A DNA stretch of 60,149 nt from a virus (IMGVR_UViG_3300033273_000263:1-60149), one strand, 5' to 3'; counted from the first letter of the stretch, positions 9,843-18,793 are shown. A program made the numbers and translations. The notes: generated by a model not told the origin, from the sequence alone.

Positions 9843-10889
9843 ATGGCAGAAGCTCCATTAGTATATCCCCGTTCAATTCCTACCCAGGTACGACCAGGTG
9901 AGTCTTCATCATCTAGTATCAGAGACTTCGACAGCTTTGGTACCAAGGTAGTTGACTACCTAAAGATCAAAGTGTATCGCAGTGCTGAAGGTAACCCGTA
10001 CTCCTATATGGGAGGTCAAGGTTCATCTACTGAGGGTGCTCTTTATAAAACTATTTATTTATATCTACCTCAGGGTTTGAAAGAAGAGTACGGTGCACAG
10101 TATAACAGAACTGCACTAGGTGCTGGTGGTCTTGGTGCTATCAAAGCAGCAGGTACTATTGCAGGTCAAAGTGTAAAGAAAACAGAAGACCTAACAAATA
10201 TTGTTCAGCAAACTGCAGGTTCGATGAAACCAGAAGCAGTTATGAATGCTGTTGCTGCTGCTGTTGGTACCGTTAACTCTGCTGTTGGTCTTGGTACCAA
10301 TGTTGATGCTAACACCCTTGCTGCCCTAACTACCAAGAAGATCTTCAACCCGTACGAAGAAACAACCTTCAGAGGTTCAAACTATAGGTCACACCAATTC
10401 AACTTCAAGTGTCAACCAAGAAACGCAAAGGAGTCTGAAGAACTATACAAGATCATTCACTGCTTGCGTCTTGCAATGCTGCCAGGTATGAATGATGGTA
10501 CTGAAGAAGAGTTCTTCACTCAATCAGGATTCAGTAACCTTGCTTCTGGTATTGTTGGCAACTCTGCAGAGACTGCTGCTGGTAGTGGTAGATGGTTGAC
10601 TATCCCCGACTACTTCCGTATCGAAGTCATTCGTGTTGAGGGTAAACCCAGTGAGAGTGGAGACCTTGAGGTTACTGCAGGTCAACCCAATGCACTCAAA
10701 AGAATTATGCGCTTCCCTGTGAAGATGGTGTTAACTAATATGAGTATTGATCTGACACCCGATGGTCCTTACAACTCACTGAAGGATGCTCTTGACAGTT
10801 CCATTGATTATGGTCCTGCAGCATTCAACCTGTCACTCTCCTTCGACGAGACTGCATTCCTCACTAAAGAATCATTCAGCGGATTTTAA
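9843..10889 (+). CDS. gp48: Baseplate tail tube cap gp48
   Basis: L.YP, IYLYLP, NPY.E..F.G...R...F.F...PRN..E motifs. Confidence 0.85.
   Translation: MAEAPLVYPRSIPTQVRPGESSSSSIRDFDSFGTKVVDYLKIKVYRSAEGNPYSYMGGQGSSTEGALYKTIYLYLPQGLKEEYGAQYNRTALGAGGLGAIKAAGTIAGQSVKKTEDLTNIVQQTAGSMKPEAVMNAVAAAVGTVNSAVGLGTNVDANTLAALTTKKIFNPYEETTFRGSNYRSHQFNFKCQPRNAKESEELYKIIHCLRLAMLPGMNDGTEEEFFTQSGFSNLASGIVGNSAETAAGSGRWLTIPDYFRIEVIRVEGKPSESGDLEVTAGQPNALKRIMRFPVKMVLTNMSIDLTPDGPYNSLKDALDSSIDYGPAAFNLSLSFDETAFLTKESFSGF
10056..10063 (-). promoter_or_regulatory. T4-type late promoter (TATAAATA) for the gp4-gp2 operon, inside gp48
   Basis: tatttata on the + strand = TATAAATA on the - strand. Confidence 0.65.
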
Positions 10890-11716
10890 TGGCATACTTC
10901 AAATATCTACCTAAGGTTTACGTTCGTAACAAGGCTGCCCTTGCTGGTCAGCAACCTTACGAACTTGCAGTAAACATCTTCCGCAGAATCAAGATTCGCG
11001 ACAGTCTGCAAGGTTCTCTGCTGGGTTTCACTCAATATGAAATCCAAGAAGGTGTAAGACCAGATCAAATCGCATACGATTACTACAAAGATCCTGGTCT
11101 TGATTGGATCGTTCTTCTAGTTAACAACATCATTAATGTCAATGAAGATTGGCCAATGAACAGAGAAGAACTCAGACAATATGTTCAGGACAAATACGAT
11201 TCCATCGAAGGGATCAGACACTATGAAACTAAAGAACAAACACTTCCTGACGGTACCATTCTACTGCCAGCAGGACTTACAGTTGACGAAGACTTCCAGT
11301 ACATAAAAGGAGATGGTAGTGTAGTCCCTAAGTCGGATTCTAGATCACCCATTTCATATTTCCAGTATGAGAGTGATAAAAATGAAATGAAGAGAAATAT
11401 CTATCTACTTCGTCCTCTATATCTCAACGACTTCATAGCAGAGTTCAAGAAACTGTGTGAATATCTACCTCACGCAGAAGTTGATGAGGAAGGAAACAAA
11501 AAAACCCCCGTCACATTGGCGGAGGAATTTATTGGTCTTCCCAGGTACAACAAACCAAGACAGTCTTCTGCTTCTACTGGTTCTGCTTCTGGTGGTGGTT
11601 CTTCCACTGCACTGATAACATCTACTGGTACCAGTGTTGGTACTGCTGGTACTGCTGCTACGGTGATCACAACCACAAGTACATCTACATCATCCACAGG
11701 TAGTGGTGGGTACTAA
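10889..11716 (+). CDS. gp53: Baseplate wedge subunit gp53
   Basis: YF...P, RPDQIA..YY.D..LDWIVLL.NNI...WP, HYET, YE...NE.KR.I; Ser/Thr/Gly tail. Confidence 0.9.
   Translation: MAYFKYLPKVYVRNKAALAGQQPYELAVNIFRRIKIRDSLQGSLLGFTQYEIQEGVRPDQIAYDYYKDPGLDWIVLLVNNIINVNEDWPMNREELRQYVQDKYDSIEGIRHYETKEQTLPDGTILLPAGLTVDEDFQYIKGDGSVVPKSDSRSPISYFQYESDKNEMKRNIYLLRPLYLNDFIAEFKKLCEYLPHAEVDEEGNKKTPVTLAEEFIGLPRYNKPRQSSASTGSASGGGSSTALITSTGTSVGTAGTAATVITTTSTSTSSTGSGGY
11498..11525 (-). terminator. Putative intrinsic terminator antisense within gp53
   Basis: Minus strand CCTCCGCCA-ATG-TGACGGGGG followed by a 7-nt T run. Confidence 0.45.
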
Positions 11717-11724
11717 ACTTTAAT

Positions 11725-12015
11725 TTAGAAGCACCAATTTTTCGACTTGTAAATGTAGCAGGGCACTCCGTGTTGGTTGTGCTCGTTCGGAATGAAGTAT
11801 GGTCCGTTGTTGTAGTGGTGGTGATGGTGGTGATGGTGGTGATGTCGTCTTGGTCTCACTGGTGTGTACCAACAGTTCCAAGACATAAACATCGGGTCAT
11901 ACACACAGTGAGATGGTTTGACCTCCCTCTCCCCGTCAGTAATACGGTGGCGATGACCTGCTAGAGCAGGTCCAGGGATCAGTAGTGCTGTCAGTAAGAG
12001 AGGGAAAAATTTCAT
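11725..12015 (-). CDS. Secreted hypothetical protein with His10 tract
   Basis: MKFFPLLLTALLIPGPALA signal peptide; HHHHHHHHHH; 4 Cys. Confidence 0.65.
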   Translation of the reverse strand: MKFFPLLLTALLIPGPALAGHRHRITDGEREVKPSHCVYDPMFMSWNCWYTPVRPRRHHHHHHHHHHYNNGPYFIPNEHNQHGVPCYIYKSKNWCF

Positions 12016-12046
12016 CGTTCTTCCGTTGATACAATAATTATATATC

Positions 12047-12071
12047 AAAAAGGGGTCTCGTAAGACCCCCC
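12047..12071 (-). terminator. Rho-independent terminator after the gp32 operon
   Basis: GGGGTCT-TACG-AGACCCC-TTTTT. Confidence 0.75.
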
Positions 12072-12080
12072 TGTGACAGT

Positions 12081-12200
12081 TTATCGATTGAACGCTCTGT
12101 CCATTCTAAGTTTGATGTAATACATCCCGATGACCCAGAGGGAGAAGAGAAACCCTTCTCCATAACTCATCGAGTTCCAGGCGTGCACTGCTTCTCCCAT
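12081..12200 (-). CDS. Small membrane protein (39 aa)
   Basis: MGEAVHAWNSMSYGEGFLFSLWVIGMYYIKLRMDRAFNR; ATG overlaps the gp32 stop. Confidence 0.65.
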   Translation of the reverse strand: MGEAVHAWNSMSYGEGFLFSLWVIGMYYIKLRMDRAFNR

Positions 12201-13129
12201 CACTCTTCAGCGAGTTTGGCGAAGTAACTCAGTGCGTCATCTTCTTCAGTGCTTCCTCCAATCGATGCATCTTTTGCAACTGAGAAGGAGTCAACATCCT
12301 CCTTCCAGGATGAGGCACTAGCGGTAATGTCTGGGGCATTGAAGGACTCGGCTTCTGCGGTCTCGGCATCGTAGCGTGGTTGAACACTCTTACCAAGGAC
12401 AGTTTGAAGGCGACCATCCAGTTCTTCGTAGGACTTGAAGTTGGAATCATCGGTGTATTCCGCCAGAGAGTACGTGTTGTTGTACACCTCCTCCAGCTGT
12501 TCGTCGTCGAATCCACCCAGGGTACCAGGGGCAGCAAAGGTGGAGTCGTCGTAGTTCCAGTAACCAGCGACCTGCTTGATCTTCAATTTGAAATCAGCAC
12601 CAGTCCAGAGATCGAACGGGTCAATAGCGGGTTGCGGATCATAATCATTCTCGTCGGGTTGCATACGAGCGGTAATCTTATCAAAGATACGCTTACCGAA
12701 CTTATACAGGAAGACTTTGCCTTCGTTCTCTGGGTTCAGAGGGTCTTTGCAGACATAAATGTTAGCGTAGTAGGACAACTTGCGCTTCTGCTTACGAGCG
12801 ATGTCTTTGTCAGACTCGCGACCAGCATTCCACAGAGTAGAATTGTGAGCGCATACGGGGCACTTCTCTCCTTTGGTTGTCGGGCAGTTCTCGATCAACC
12901 AACCACCTGGTCCTTGGAATGCGTGACTCCAGACCTGTGCCCAAGGCAGGTCGCTATCACCTTTGTTAGGGAGAAAGCGAATAATGGCAAATCCGTTACC
13001 AGATTTGTCAACCCCAGGTTTCCACAGACGGTCATCGGTTTGCTTACCGCCGCTGTTCATCTTCTCAAGTTCTTTGGTGAGCTTGGACAGATTGGAACCA
13101 GAGGATTTTTTAAGGGATGCGAAAGACAT
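12200..13129 (-). CDS. gp32: Single-stranded DNA-binding protein gp32
   Basis: MSFASLKK, D.R.WK, GNG.A.IRFLP, IENCPTT...CPVC, acidic C-tail. Confidence 0.96.
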   Translation of the reverse strand: MSFASLKKSSGSNLSKLTKELEKMNSGGKQTDDRLWKPGVDKSGNGFAIIRFLPNKGDSDLPWAQVWSHAFQGPGGWLIENCPTTKGEKCPVCAHNSTLWNAGRESDKDIARKQKRKLSYYANIYVCKDPLNPENEGKVFLYKFGKRIFDKITARMQPDENDYDPQPAIDPFDLWTGADFKLKIKQVAGYWNYDDSTFAAPGTLGGFDDEQLEEVYNNTYSLAEYTDDSNFKSYEELDGRLQTVLGKSVQPRYDAETAEAESFNAPDITASASSWKEDVDSFSVAKDASIGGSTEEDDALSYFAKLAEE

Positions 13130-13186
13130 AGTGTGTTCGTGTTTTAGTGTGTTGTGTGTTTGTACTACCCATATAGGGTAACACTT

Positions 13187-13528
13187 CTATTTAGTGCTGT
13201 CAAGTTCCTTTTTCCAGGACTTGAGACGCTTCTCCATATCATCCAGGACATCGGTAATCAACTTACCGCCGCTGTACATATGGGTCATTTGGTCGATGCG
13301 GATCTTGATCTCCGCTGCTTCTTCGTCCTCCAATGACATCAGAGAAAGTCTAGCATAGAAAACCTTCTGCTTGGCAACAAGTGCCATAGTTTTCTCAAGG
13401 TGCTCTGTCTTCTCGTCTCTAGTCATCAAGGGGAAGCGAATTGAAATATCGTACAGGTCTTTGTACAGACTCTGCATATCTACCAGTTCCTGTCGTACGA
13501 CTTCAGACTGATAAAACGGTTCGCTCAT
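13187..13528 (-). CDS. DUF1825-like conserved cyanophage protein
   Basis: FYQSEVVRQE...KQKVFYARLSL pattern; conserved position before gp32. Confidence 0.65.
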   Translation of the reverse strand: MSEPFYQSEVVRQELVDMQSLYKDLYDISIRFPLMTRDEKTEHLEKTMALVAKQKVFYARLSLMSLEDEEAAEIKIRIDQMTHMYSGGKLITDVLDDMEKRLKSWKKELDSTK

Positions 13529-13770
13529 AGGGGTAACACTCCTCTTGACGTTTTCTTAACGTAATTAAGTTGTTGAGCGTTGTACTTGATCTTATCTTTG
13601 AGGGGTCTCGAAATCAGTTTGTTAACTGTCTCCACCTCAATGTCGAACTCGTCACAGACAACTACGACTGCATCGATATAATTTACCAGACCATTGCTGT
13701 TCTTCACCACTTCCTCTACGAGAGAGGAAAATTTCGTTTGAGTCATAAATTTGTCTTGGAATTCTTTCAT
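13525..13770 (-). CDS. gp33: Late promoter transcription co-activator gp33
   Basis: YIDAVV..C....IEVE...KLIS.PLK.KI...A..LN...LP. Confidence 0.85.
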   Translation of the reverse strand: MKEFQDKFMTQTKFSSLVEEVVKNSNGLVNYIDAVVVVCDEFDIEVETVNKLISRPLKDKIKYNAQQLNYVKKTSRGVLPL

Positions 13771-14441
13771 TGATAGGCACTATTGAAGTCGTGAATGTAC
13801 TCGTGGAGCAGTTTATATAATTGATCCAAGTTTCTCTTCTCGATCACCTGTACACTACCGTCTTCTACGGCAATGATGGTGACAACCTTCTCAACTGCAA
13901 CACCACAACGTTCATAGTACATTGCAGCGTACGCTGTCTCTTGAACAAAATAGTTCTCAATCCAGGATTCTTGTTTGGGTTTCGTAGAAGTCTTGAAGTC
14001 AATCACAGCAAGTTCTCCATCGAACTCTGCTATGCAGTCAACACGACCAGCAATACGCAAATGATCACTGTAGAGAGGAGCTTCCAGTAAGTGAATGCGG
14101 TTGATCCTATCCAGCGTCGAACGGGAGGACTTAAAAAGATAAGTAGCAAGAGGATTTTCATCATCCTTTGGCACCTCTTCGTTCTTCAGGTAACATTCTA
14201 CCATAGAATGATACTTGTTTCCACGAGCAGATGCACGACCAGAAATCTTGTTTGCTTGTTCCTCACCGACACGCTTCCTCCATTTAATAATAGAGTCTTT
14301 CTTTCGGTGACTGGTAACTGTCGTGATGGACGGGTACCATTTACCTTCACTAACTTCATAAAGACGAAGACCGCTATCTTTAGTAACGGAGTTCAATTCA
14401 GTTAGTGGAACAGGAGGTCCCACCAATTCAAACATAATCAA
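13767..14441 (-). CDS. PD-(D/E)xK exonuclease
   Basis: YPSITTV, RG..YH, AGRVDCIAE, IDFKTS, Q..AYA. Confidence 0.85.
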   Translation of the reverse strand: MIMFELVGPPVPLTELNSVTKDSGLRLYEVSEGKWYPSITTVTSHRKKDSIIKWRKRVGEEQANKISGRASARGNKYHSMVECYLKNEEVPKDDENPLATYLFKSSRSTLDRINRIHLLEAPLYSDHLRIAGRVDCIAEFDGELAVIDFKTSTKPKQESWIENYFVQETAYAAMYYERCGVAVEKVVTIIAVEDGSVQVIEKRNLDQLYKLLHEYIHDFNSAYQ

Positions 14442-15187
14442 TACCCAAGGTTAATTTTGCTGATCAGATACTCGCGTACGAGACCAGACCTAACGATGTC
14501 TTCAATACCAAACTCTACACATTCAAACGAGGGCATCGTCTGAAGGATACGCATAAAGTCTAGGACACCATTCTTTTCATTACTCTTTACGAGGTCAGAC
14601 TGTGTGTAGTCACCACTGAAGATGATCTTAGAGTTTTGTCCGACACGAGTAATTATACTATCAAGTTCGTGGAAGTTCAAGTTGGAAAACTCATCAACAA
14701 TGATGATGCAGTTGTCCAGTGTGGTACCACGAATGAAAGAAGTTGACCAGAAAGATACCGTCTCCTGAGACCTGAGATTATCATAGAGCATATCAAATGC
14801 CGAGTCATCAGGCATCTCAAACATATACCTGACCATATTCTTATAGGGAATCTGATACAGGTTGCTCTTATCTTCGTGGTCTCCAGGAAGGAAACCAATC
14901 TCACGAGTAGGTACAAGAGAACGTACCATATACACCTTTTCGTAGGGAGAAGATGGTTCTAGTACATCCTTAAGCGCAAGGTACAGACTGATAAATGTCT
15001 TACCAGTACCAGCACAACCGTGAAGAACCAGGTTCTTACCTTCAGCATACGAATTGAATACTGTTTCCTGGTTGTCAGTAAGAGGTTCAATCGTCTTAAG
15101 ATGATCAAGATTGATTGGTTTCTTTCGTCTCATCTGCTTTGCTGTCATAGGAGTCTTACGCTTTCCTCTAGGTGCAGGCATAATCAA
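14438..15187 (-). CDS. phoH: PhoH-family ATPase
   Basis: G.AGTGKT, IGFLPG, RGTT, DE..N, GD..QSD, DIVRSGLV. Confidence 0.95.
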   Translation of the reverse strand: MIMPAPRGKRKTPMTAKQMRRKKPINLDHLKTIEPLTDNQETVFNSYAEGKNLVLHGCAGTGKTFISLYLALKDVLEPSSPYEKVYMVRSLVPTREIGFLPGDHEDKSNLYQIPYKNMVRYMFEMPDDSAFDMLYDNLRSQETVSFWSTSFIRGTTLDNCIIIVDEFSNLNFHELDSIITRVGQNSKIIFSGDYTQSDLVKSNEKNGVLDFMRILQTMPSFECVEFGIEDIVRSGLVREYLISKINLGY

Positions 15188-15414
15188 GTAAATCTACTAA
15201 GGTTTGCTCCAGGATGTGCCTTCTGAATCTTTTGCATCACGCTCTTGAATCCATCAGACTGTTTCGGTTTACCGTAGACGGTAGCAACGTTCTGGTTCCC
15301 GAAGTATCGTTCCAACTCGGGATGTTCTTCTTTGTATTTATCGAGATCGTGAATCGACATAAAGTTTGTCGTGATCTCTCCTGTTTCTTTGTTAATCCAA
15401 TCATAACTAGGCAT
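15184..15414 (-). CDS. Conserved hypothetical protein (FmdB-like N-terminus)
   Basis: MPSYD..N..TGE; coupled to phoH. Confidence 0.65.
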   Translation of the reverse strand: MPSYDWINKETGEITTNFMSIHDLDKYKEEHPELERYFGNQNVATVYGKPKQSDGFKSVMQKIQKAHPGANLSRFT

Positions 15415-15641
15415 TAAACTTCATCCTTGTTGTTGCGAATTTCTTCTGTAAGTTTATCTATACGTTTAAGGTCTCGTTTCAGTCGTCTCTTCATTGACTG
15501 TGCCATCCACCACATCCTTGCCTTAATCCAAGCAAACTTAATCTCCAACTCAATGTAGTAGACCAGTTTCATAAGCTCTTCGGTACCATAAAAAGCAACG
15601 AAGATAATGATCAAAAAGCACAGGATATAAGTGGCAAGCAT
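15414..15641 (-). CDS. Hypothetical membrane protein
   Basis: N-terminal TM helix; translationally coupled. Confidence 0.6.
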   Translation of the reverse strand: MLATYILCFLIIIFVAFYGTEELMKLVYYIELEIKFAWIKARMWWMAQSMKRRLKRDLKRIDKLTEEIRNNKDEV

Positions 15642-16351
15642 CAGTCAATCCTCAAGGACGGTTGAATGCAATCACATTCATCCATATGTCTAGAGCATCC
15701 ACAGTCACCTTCAGGACACCAACCCAATGCCTCAGCAACAGTTGGGAACTTACAGATGAAGTGTTGCTTAGCACCTTCTGCGATTTCCATATGCTCCTTC
15801 TGAGTACCATTAGCAGATCTCAGATTGATATAATGGATCCACGAGCGACACGAGCCCGTCATATAGATTTTGGTGGGCGTTGCCAAAGGAAGAACCATAC
15901 GAGCACATTCCTTTGCGATTCCCATATCAAGCATCTGCTTATAGAGATCCATACCCTCAGCAAAATACTTCTGGATTAAAATCTCAAAAGTTTGCTTGAC
16001 GTATGGATCAACATCATCAATAGAATTCTGACGATTCTTTGTATCCTGACGACGAAGATCGGGAAGAGGAATGTGATCTACCAACAAAGAACTGTCAGCA
16101 TACCGCTGGGAAAACTCTTGATATGTGAAGCTACGGTGACGAAGCACTTGAGCTGCGATTGCCCTCGTAGTATTGATCTCAAGGGTCATCGTTGCTTGCT
16201 CGAACACAGACCAGTGGTTGTGCTTGATACAATACTTCAGAAGACCTGCAACGTTTGGGTTGTCCTGATTAGAGGGATTGCTCACACGAGCAATGTAACC
16301 CATAGTTTTTTCAGCGTCAGGAGTGACGGATACGAAGCAGACTTTTGTCAT
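15641..16351 (-). CDS. thyX: Flavin-dependent thymidylate synthase ThyX
   Basis: H.SVFE, RHRSFTYQEFSQRY, E.AR.VLP, Q.EH. Confidence 0.96.
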   Translation of the reverse strand: MTKVCFVSVTPDAEKTMGYIARVSNPSNQDNPNVAGLLKYCIKHNHWSVFEQATMTLEINTTRAIAAQVLRHRSFTYQEFSQRYADSSLLVDHIPLPDLRRQDTKNRQNSIDDVDPYVKQTFEILIQKYFAEGMDLYKQMLDMGIAKECARMVLPLATPTKIYMTGSCRSWIHYINLRSANGTQKEHMEIAEGAKQHFICKFPTVAEALGWCPEGDCGCSRHMDECDCIQPSLRID

Positions 16352-16587
16352 TTTAGTAGTTTAATAATAATAGTGATACACATTGCTTGGAAGTAGTTGA
16401 TTGCTTTCCATCCAAAGATGGCAGGCAGTGACCAGTTCCAAGCAAACATTAGCACAAGTGGAAGTGCAAATACAGTACCAATAAAGGCACCTACCATCTC
16501 AGGTGTTACCACCTGTTCAACCTCTTCCCCCTGATTCTCTTCGACACTCCGTTCAGGTGCCTTAGTCCTAAAGGTGTAGATACTCAT
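16348..16587 (-). CDS. Hypothetical membrane protein
   Basis: LM.AWNW.LP.IFG...I.Y.QA; start at MSIYTF. Confidence 0.6.
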   Translation of the reverse strand: MSIYTFRTKAPERSVEENQGEEVEQVVTPEMVGAFIGTVFALPLVLMFAWNWSLPAIFGWKAINYFQAMCITIIIKLLK

Positions 16588-16823
16588 TTTTTCTTTCGTG
16601 GTTCCCATACTTTTGGATTAACTCTCCCTTCTGCTTGTGTAATTGAGATAAGTCCTTCCCGATATCGATCCCAATAATAATCAAATGCTTCCACTCGCTT
16701 CTTAGGCATCACCAGATCGTAATAGGTAACACCATTGTCGATGTAGGTTACCAAGAATGCTGTGACTGGAAGAGTTTTATCGTTGGCATCTTCGGGGTTG
16801 CAATTCTGTTTAATAAACCTCAA
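16584..16823 (-). CDS. Conserved cyanophage hypothetical protein
   Basis: Coupled ORF; FDYYWD.Y...G..NPK.W. Confidence 0.65.
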   Translation of the reverse strand: MRFIKQNCNPEDANDKTLPVTAFLVTYIDNGVTYYDLVMPKKRVEAFDYYWDRYREGLISITQAEGRVNPKVWEPRKKK

Positions 16824-17254
16824 GATCTATTCCCCCACTGAATAGAAGGAAACGCTTCCTTCACTACAGCGTGGGTAATTCGGTACTTCTTTTGCAGTTG
16901 CTTATCCTTAACCAAGCAGACAACCTCTGCTTCGTCCTTGTACAAACCTTCCAACATCTGAAGGAACATATTCTCCTTCTTGATAGAAGGAACATTGTCA
17001 GCGCCACCCTTGATGAAGTAGAAGAACTTGCGTGCTTCATTCTCCAAACGAGTGTGCTCAGTCCCCAGAGGTGCTGGATTGGGGGTGTAGGGTACCTCAC
17101 CCTCGGGCAGGATAGAGATCACACTGTCATCAAAGTTCCAGATGAACAAGGATCGCAGTGCTTGACTGTTGTTATCCTGCAGAATTTTGATTTTTTCTGC
17201 CTTGGTCTTGGCATTGTGTGCTTTCTGCAGCACCTCAGAAATCAGTAGTTTCAT
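16820..17254 (-). CDS. Conserved T4-like hypothetical protein
   Basis: LISEVL, LPEG.VPY, E.MF.QMLEGL...EA, VKEAFP. Confidence 0.75.
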   Translation of the reverse strand: MKLLISEVLQKAHNAKTKAEKIKILQDNNSQALRSLFIWNFDDSVISILPEGEVPYTPNPAPLGTEHTRLENEARKFFYFIKGGADNVPSIKKENMFLQMLEGLYKDEAEVVCLVKDKQLQKKYRITHAVVKEAFPSIQWGNRS

Positions 17255-17256
17255 CG

Positions 17257-18135
17257 TTAAAATTCACTTACGTAATGTAGCAGATCAGTCAGTTGCTTTT
17301 CCATAAAGTATGGATAAAGCATTCCTCTTACTGGAGGAACAATAGACTCATAGTTATCTATAATCTTTTCACTGATCTCTTTTGGAATGAAATCAAAGTC
17401 GATCAGTTTCTGATTGCGTAGATACTGTTGCATCATCTCATCGTTGTGACAGAAGTCTTCGGGAGATTGTGTTACCCACCGAGCAATTTTAACCTTTGCC
17501 AGGGGTTTTTGTCTACGTCCTTCTACCAGACAAGAATCATCGGAGAGAAAGTTAGGAATACCATCACTCCTATCACCCTTGAGAACGTGCTCAGCGATGT
17601 ACATCCTAGGGTCTAGACCTTCGATGTATTTCTTGAGGCAGGGATTGTACTGGGTAACATACCCGTACCGCTTGAGTTGAATGAAGTCTTTGTCACCAGA
17701 CAAGATCAAAGTCTTGACTGGAGGTTGCATATTGTTTTGCAACCTGATGTTAGCAAGACCCTGATGCTTACACAGAACAGCAATGATGTCATCTGCTTCT
17801 GCACCATCAATCTCCATAACTTTGTATGGAAGATTGTCTTTGAATTCTACTTTCAGTGTGTTGAGAAGGTCAAAGATGTTATCCCAGTTGTGCTTTGACT
17901 TTGCTCGATCTTTCTTCCTGGTACCTTTGTAGTACGGGAAGACTTCACGCCTCCAGTAATGCTTACTGTCATAACATAAGACAAGTTCGCCATAGGTTTT
18001 AGAAAACTCTGTGCGATAACGGCGCAAAGAATTCAGAACCATATGACGAACCAGACCTTCTTGGAGTTCCTCAGATTGATTTAGCGAAACCATAAGGTTC
18101 GCGATCATCACCTGATTCATATCGACAAGAATCAT
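17257..18135 (-). CDS. rnh: T4-type RNase H (5'-3' exonuclease)
   Basis: ILVD, YWR...FPYYK..R, EADD, SGDKDF.QL, GD.SDGIPN. Confidence 0.95.
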   Translation of the reverse strand: MILVDMNQVMIANLMVSLNQSEELQEGLVRHMVLNSLRRYRTEFSKTYGELVLCYDSKHYWRREVFPYYKGTRKKDRAKSKHNWDNIFDLLNTLKVEFKDNLPYKVMEIDGAEADDIIAVLCKHQGLANIRLQNNMQPPVKTLILSGDKDFIQLKRYGYVTQYNPCLKKYIEGLDPRMYIAEHVLKGDRSDGIPNFLSDDSCLVEGRRQKPLAKVKIARWVTQSPEDFCHNDEMMQQYLRNQKLIDFDFIPKEISEKIIDNYESIVPPVRGMLYPYFMEKQLTDLLHYVSEF

Positions 18136-18137
18136 AA

Positions 18138-18368
18138 TTAGTCGTCGTCTTCGTCATCAATCATACCATCGTCATCAGTAAAACGCAAGTAGAGTAACTC
18201 TTCTTGGTTCACTTTACCATTTTCATCAAGCATCTCTGGATGCGTGATTGCTTTGGCATAAGCAGCGTTGTCAATGAACGCTTCGATGTAGTCCTTTGCC
18301 ATCCAGAAGAACATACCTCCCAGAAGAAACGCTCCAAACAGAGCGAAAACATAAACCACTTCCTGCAT
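18138..18368 (-). CDS. Hypothetical membrane protein
   Basis: TM helix then HPEM.DENG; GGGAGAGG RBS. Confidence 0.7.
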   Translation of the reverse strand: MQEVVYVFALFGAFLLGGMFFWMAKDYIEAFIDNAAYAKAITHPEMLDENGKVNQEELLYLRFTDDDGMIDDEDDD

Positions 18369-18439
18369 CAGTTCCTCTCCCTAAACTATTAGATTATTAC
18401 GAAAGTTCGACTCCTCCTATCGATTGTGTTGGTTTCAAA

Positions 18440-18793
18440 CTATTTAGTTTTTTTCTTGCGACCTGGGCGTCGATCCTTCTCGTACTGCCAAGCATCTTCA
18501 AGAATTCCATACAGGAATTTATGCAGCTTTCTTGCTTGAGGTTTTGAGAGGTAACCGTATGCCTCCTTCACAACTTTATCTGGTTTTGTGATGTACTTTT
18601 CAAGGTCATAGCACGTTATCGATATGTTAGATGCGGTACCAGACTCAATGAATGCCGTACATTCTTTGCGAGTAAACTTCTGATCGAGCATATGCGGATA
18701 AAGTTTCATTAGAAACTTACCATCTCTCATTGCCACGTCTACCGCACGCTCAATGAGTTCACATAGTTCACCAACTTTGTCCACTTCTGTCAA
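18440..18793 (-). CDS. Conserved hypothetical protein (probable TTG start)
   Basis: EAYG.L.KP.ARK...L..IL.DA..Y...R.PGR motif. Confidence 0.65.
   Translation of the reverse strand: MTEVDKVGELCELIERAVDVAMRDGKFLMKLYPHMLDQKFTRKECTAFIESGTASNISITCYDLEKYITKPDKVVKEAYGYLSKPQARKLHKFLYGILEDAWQYEKDRRPGRKKKTK

Noticed and set aside
13767-14441. Cas4/CRISPR association of the exonuclease
   Set aside because: No Fe-S Cys cluster, cas genes or array; standard T4-like cyanophage exonuclease next to phoH
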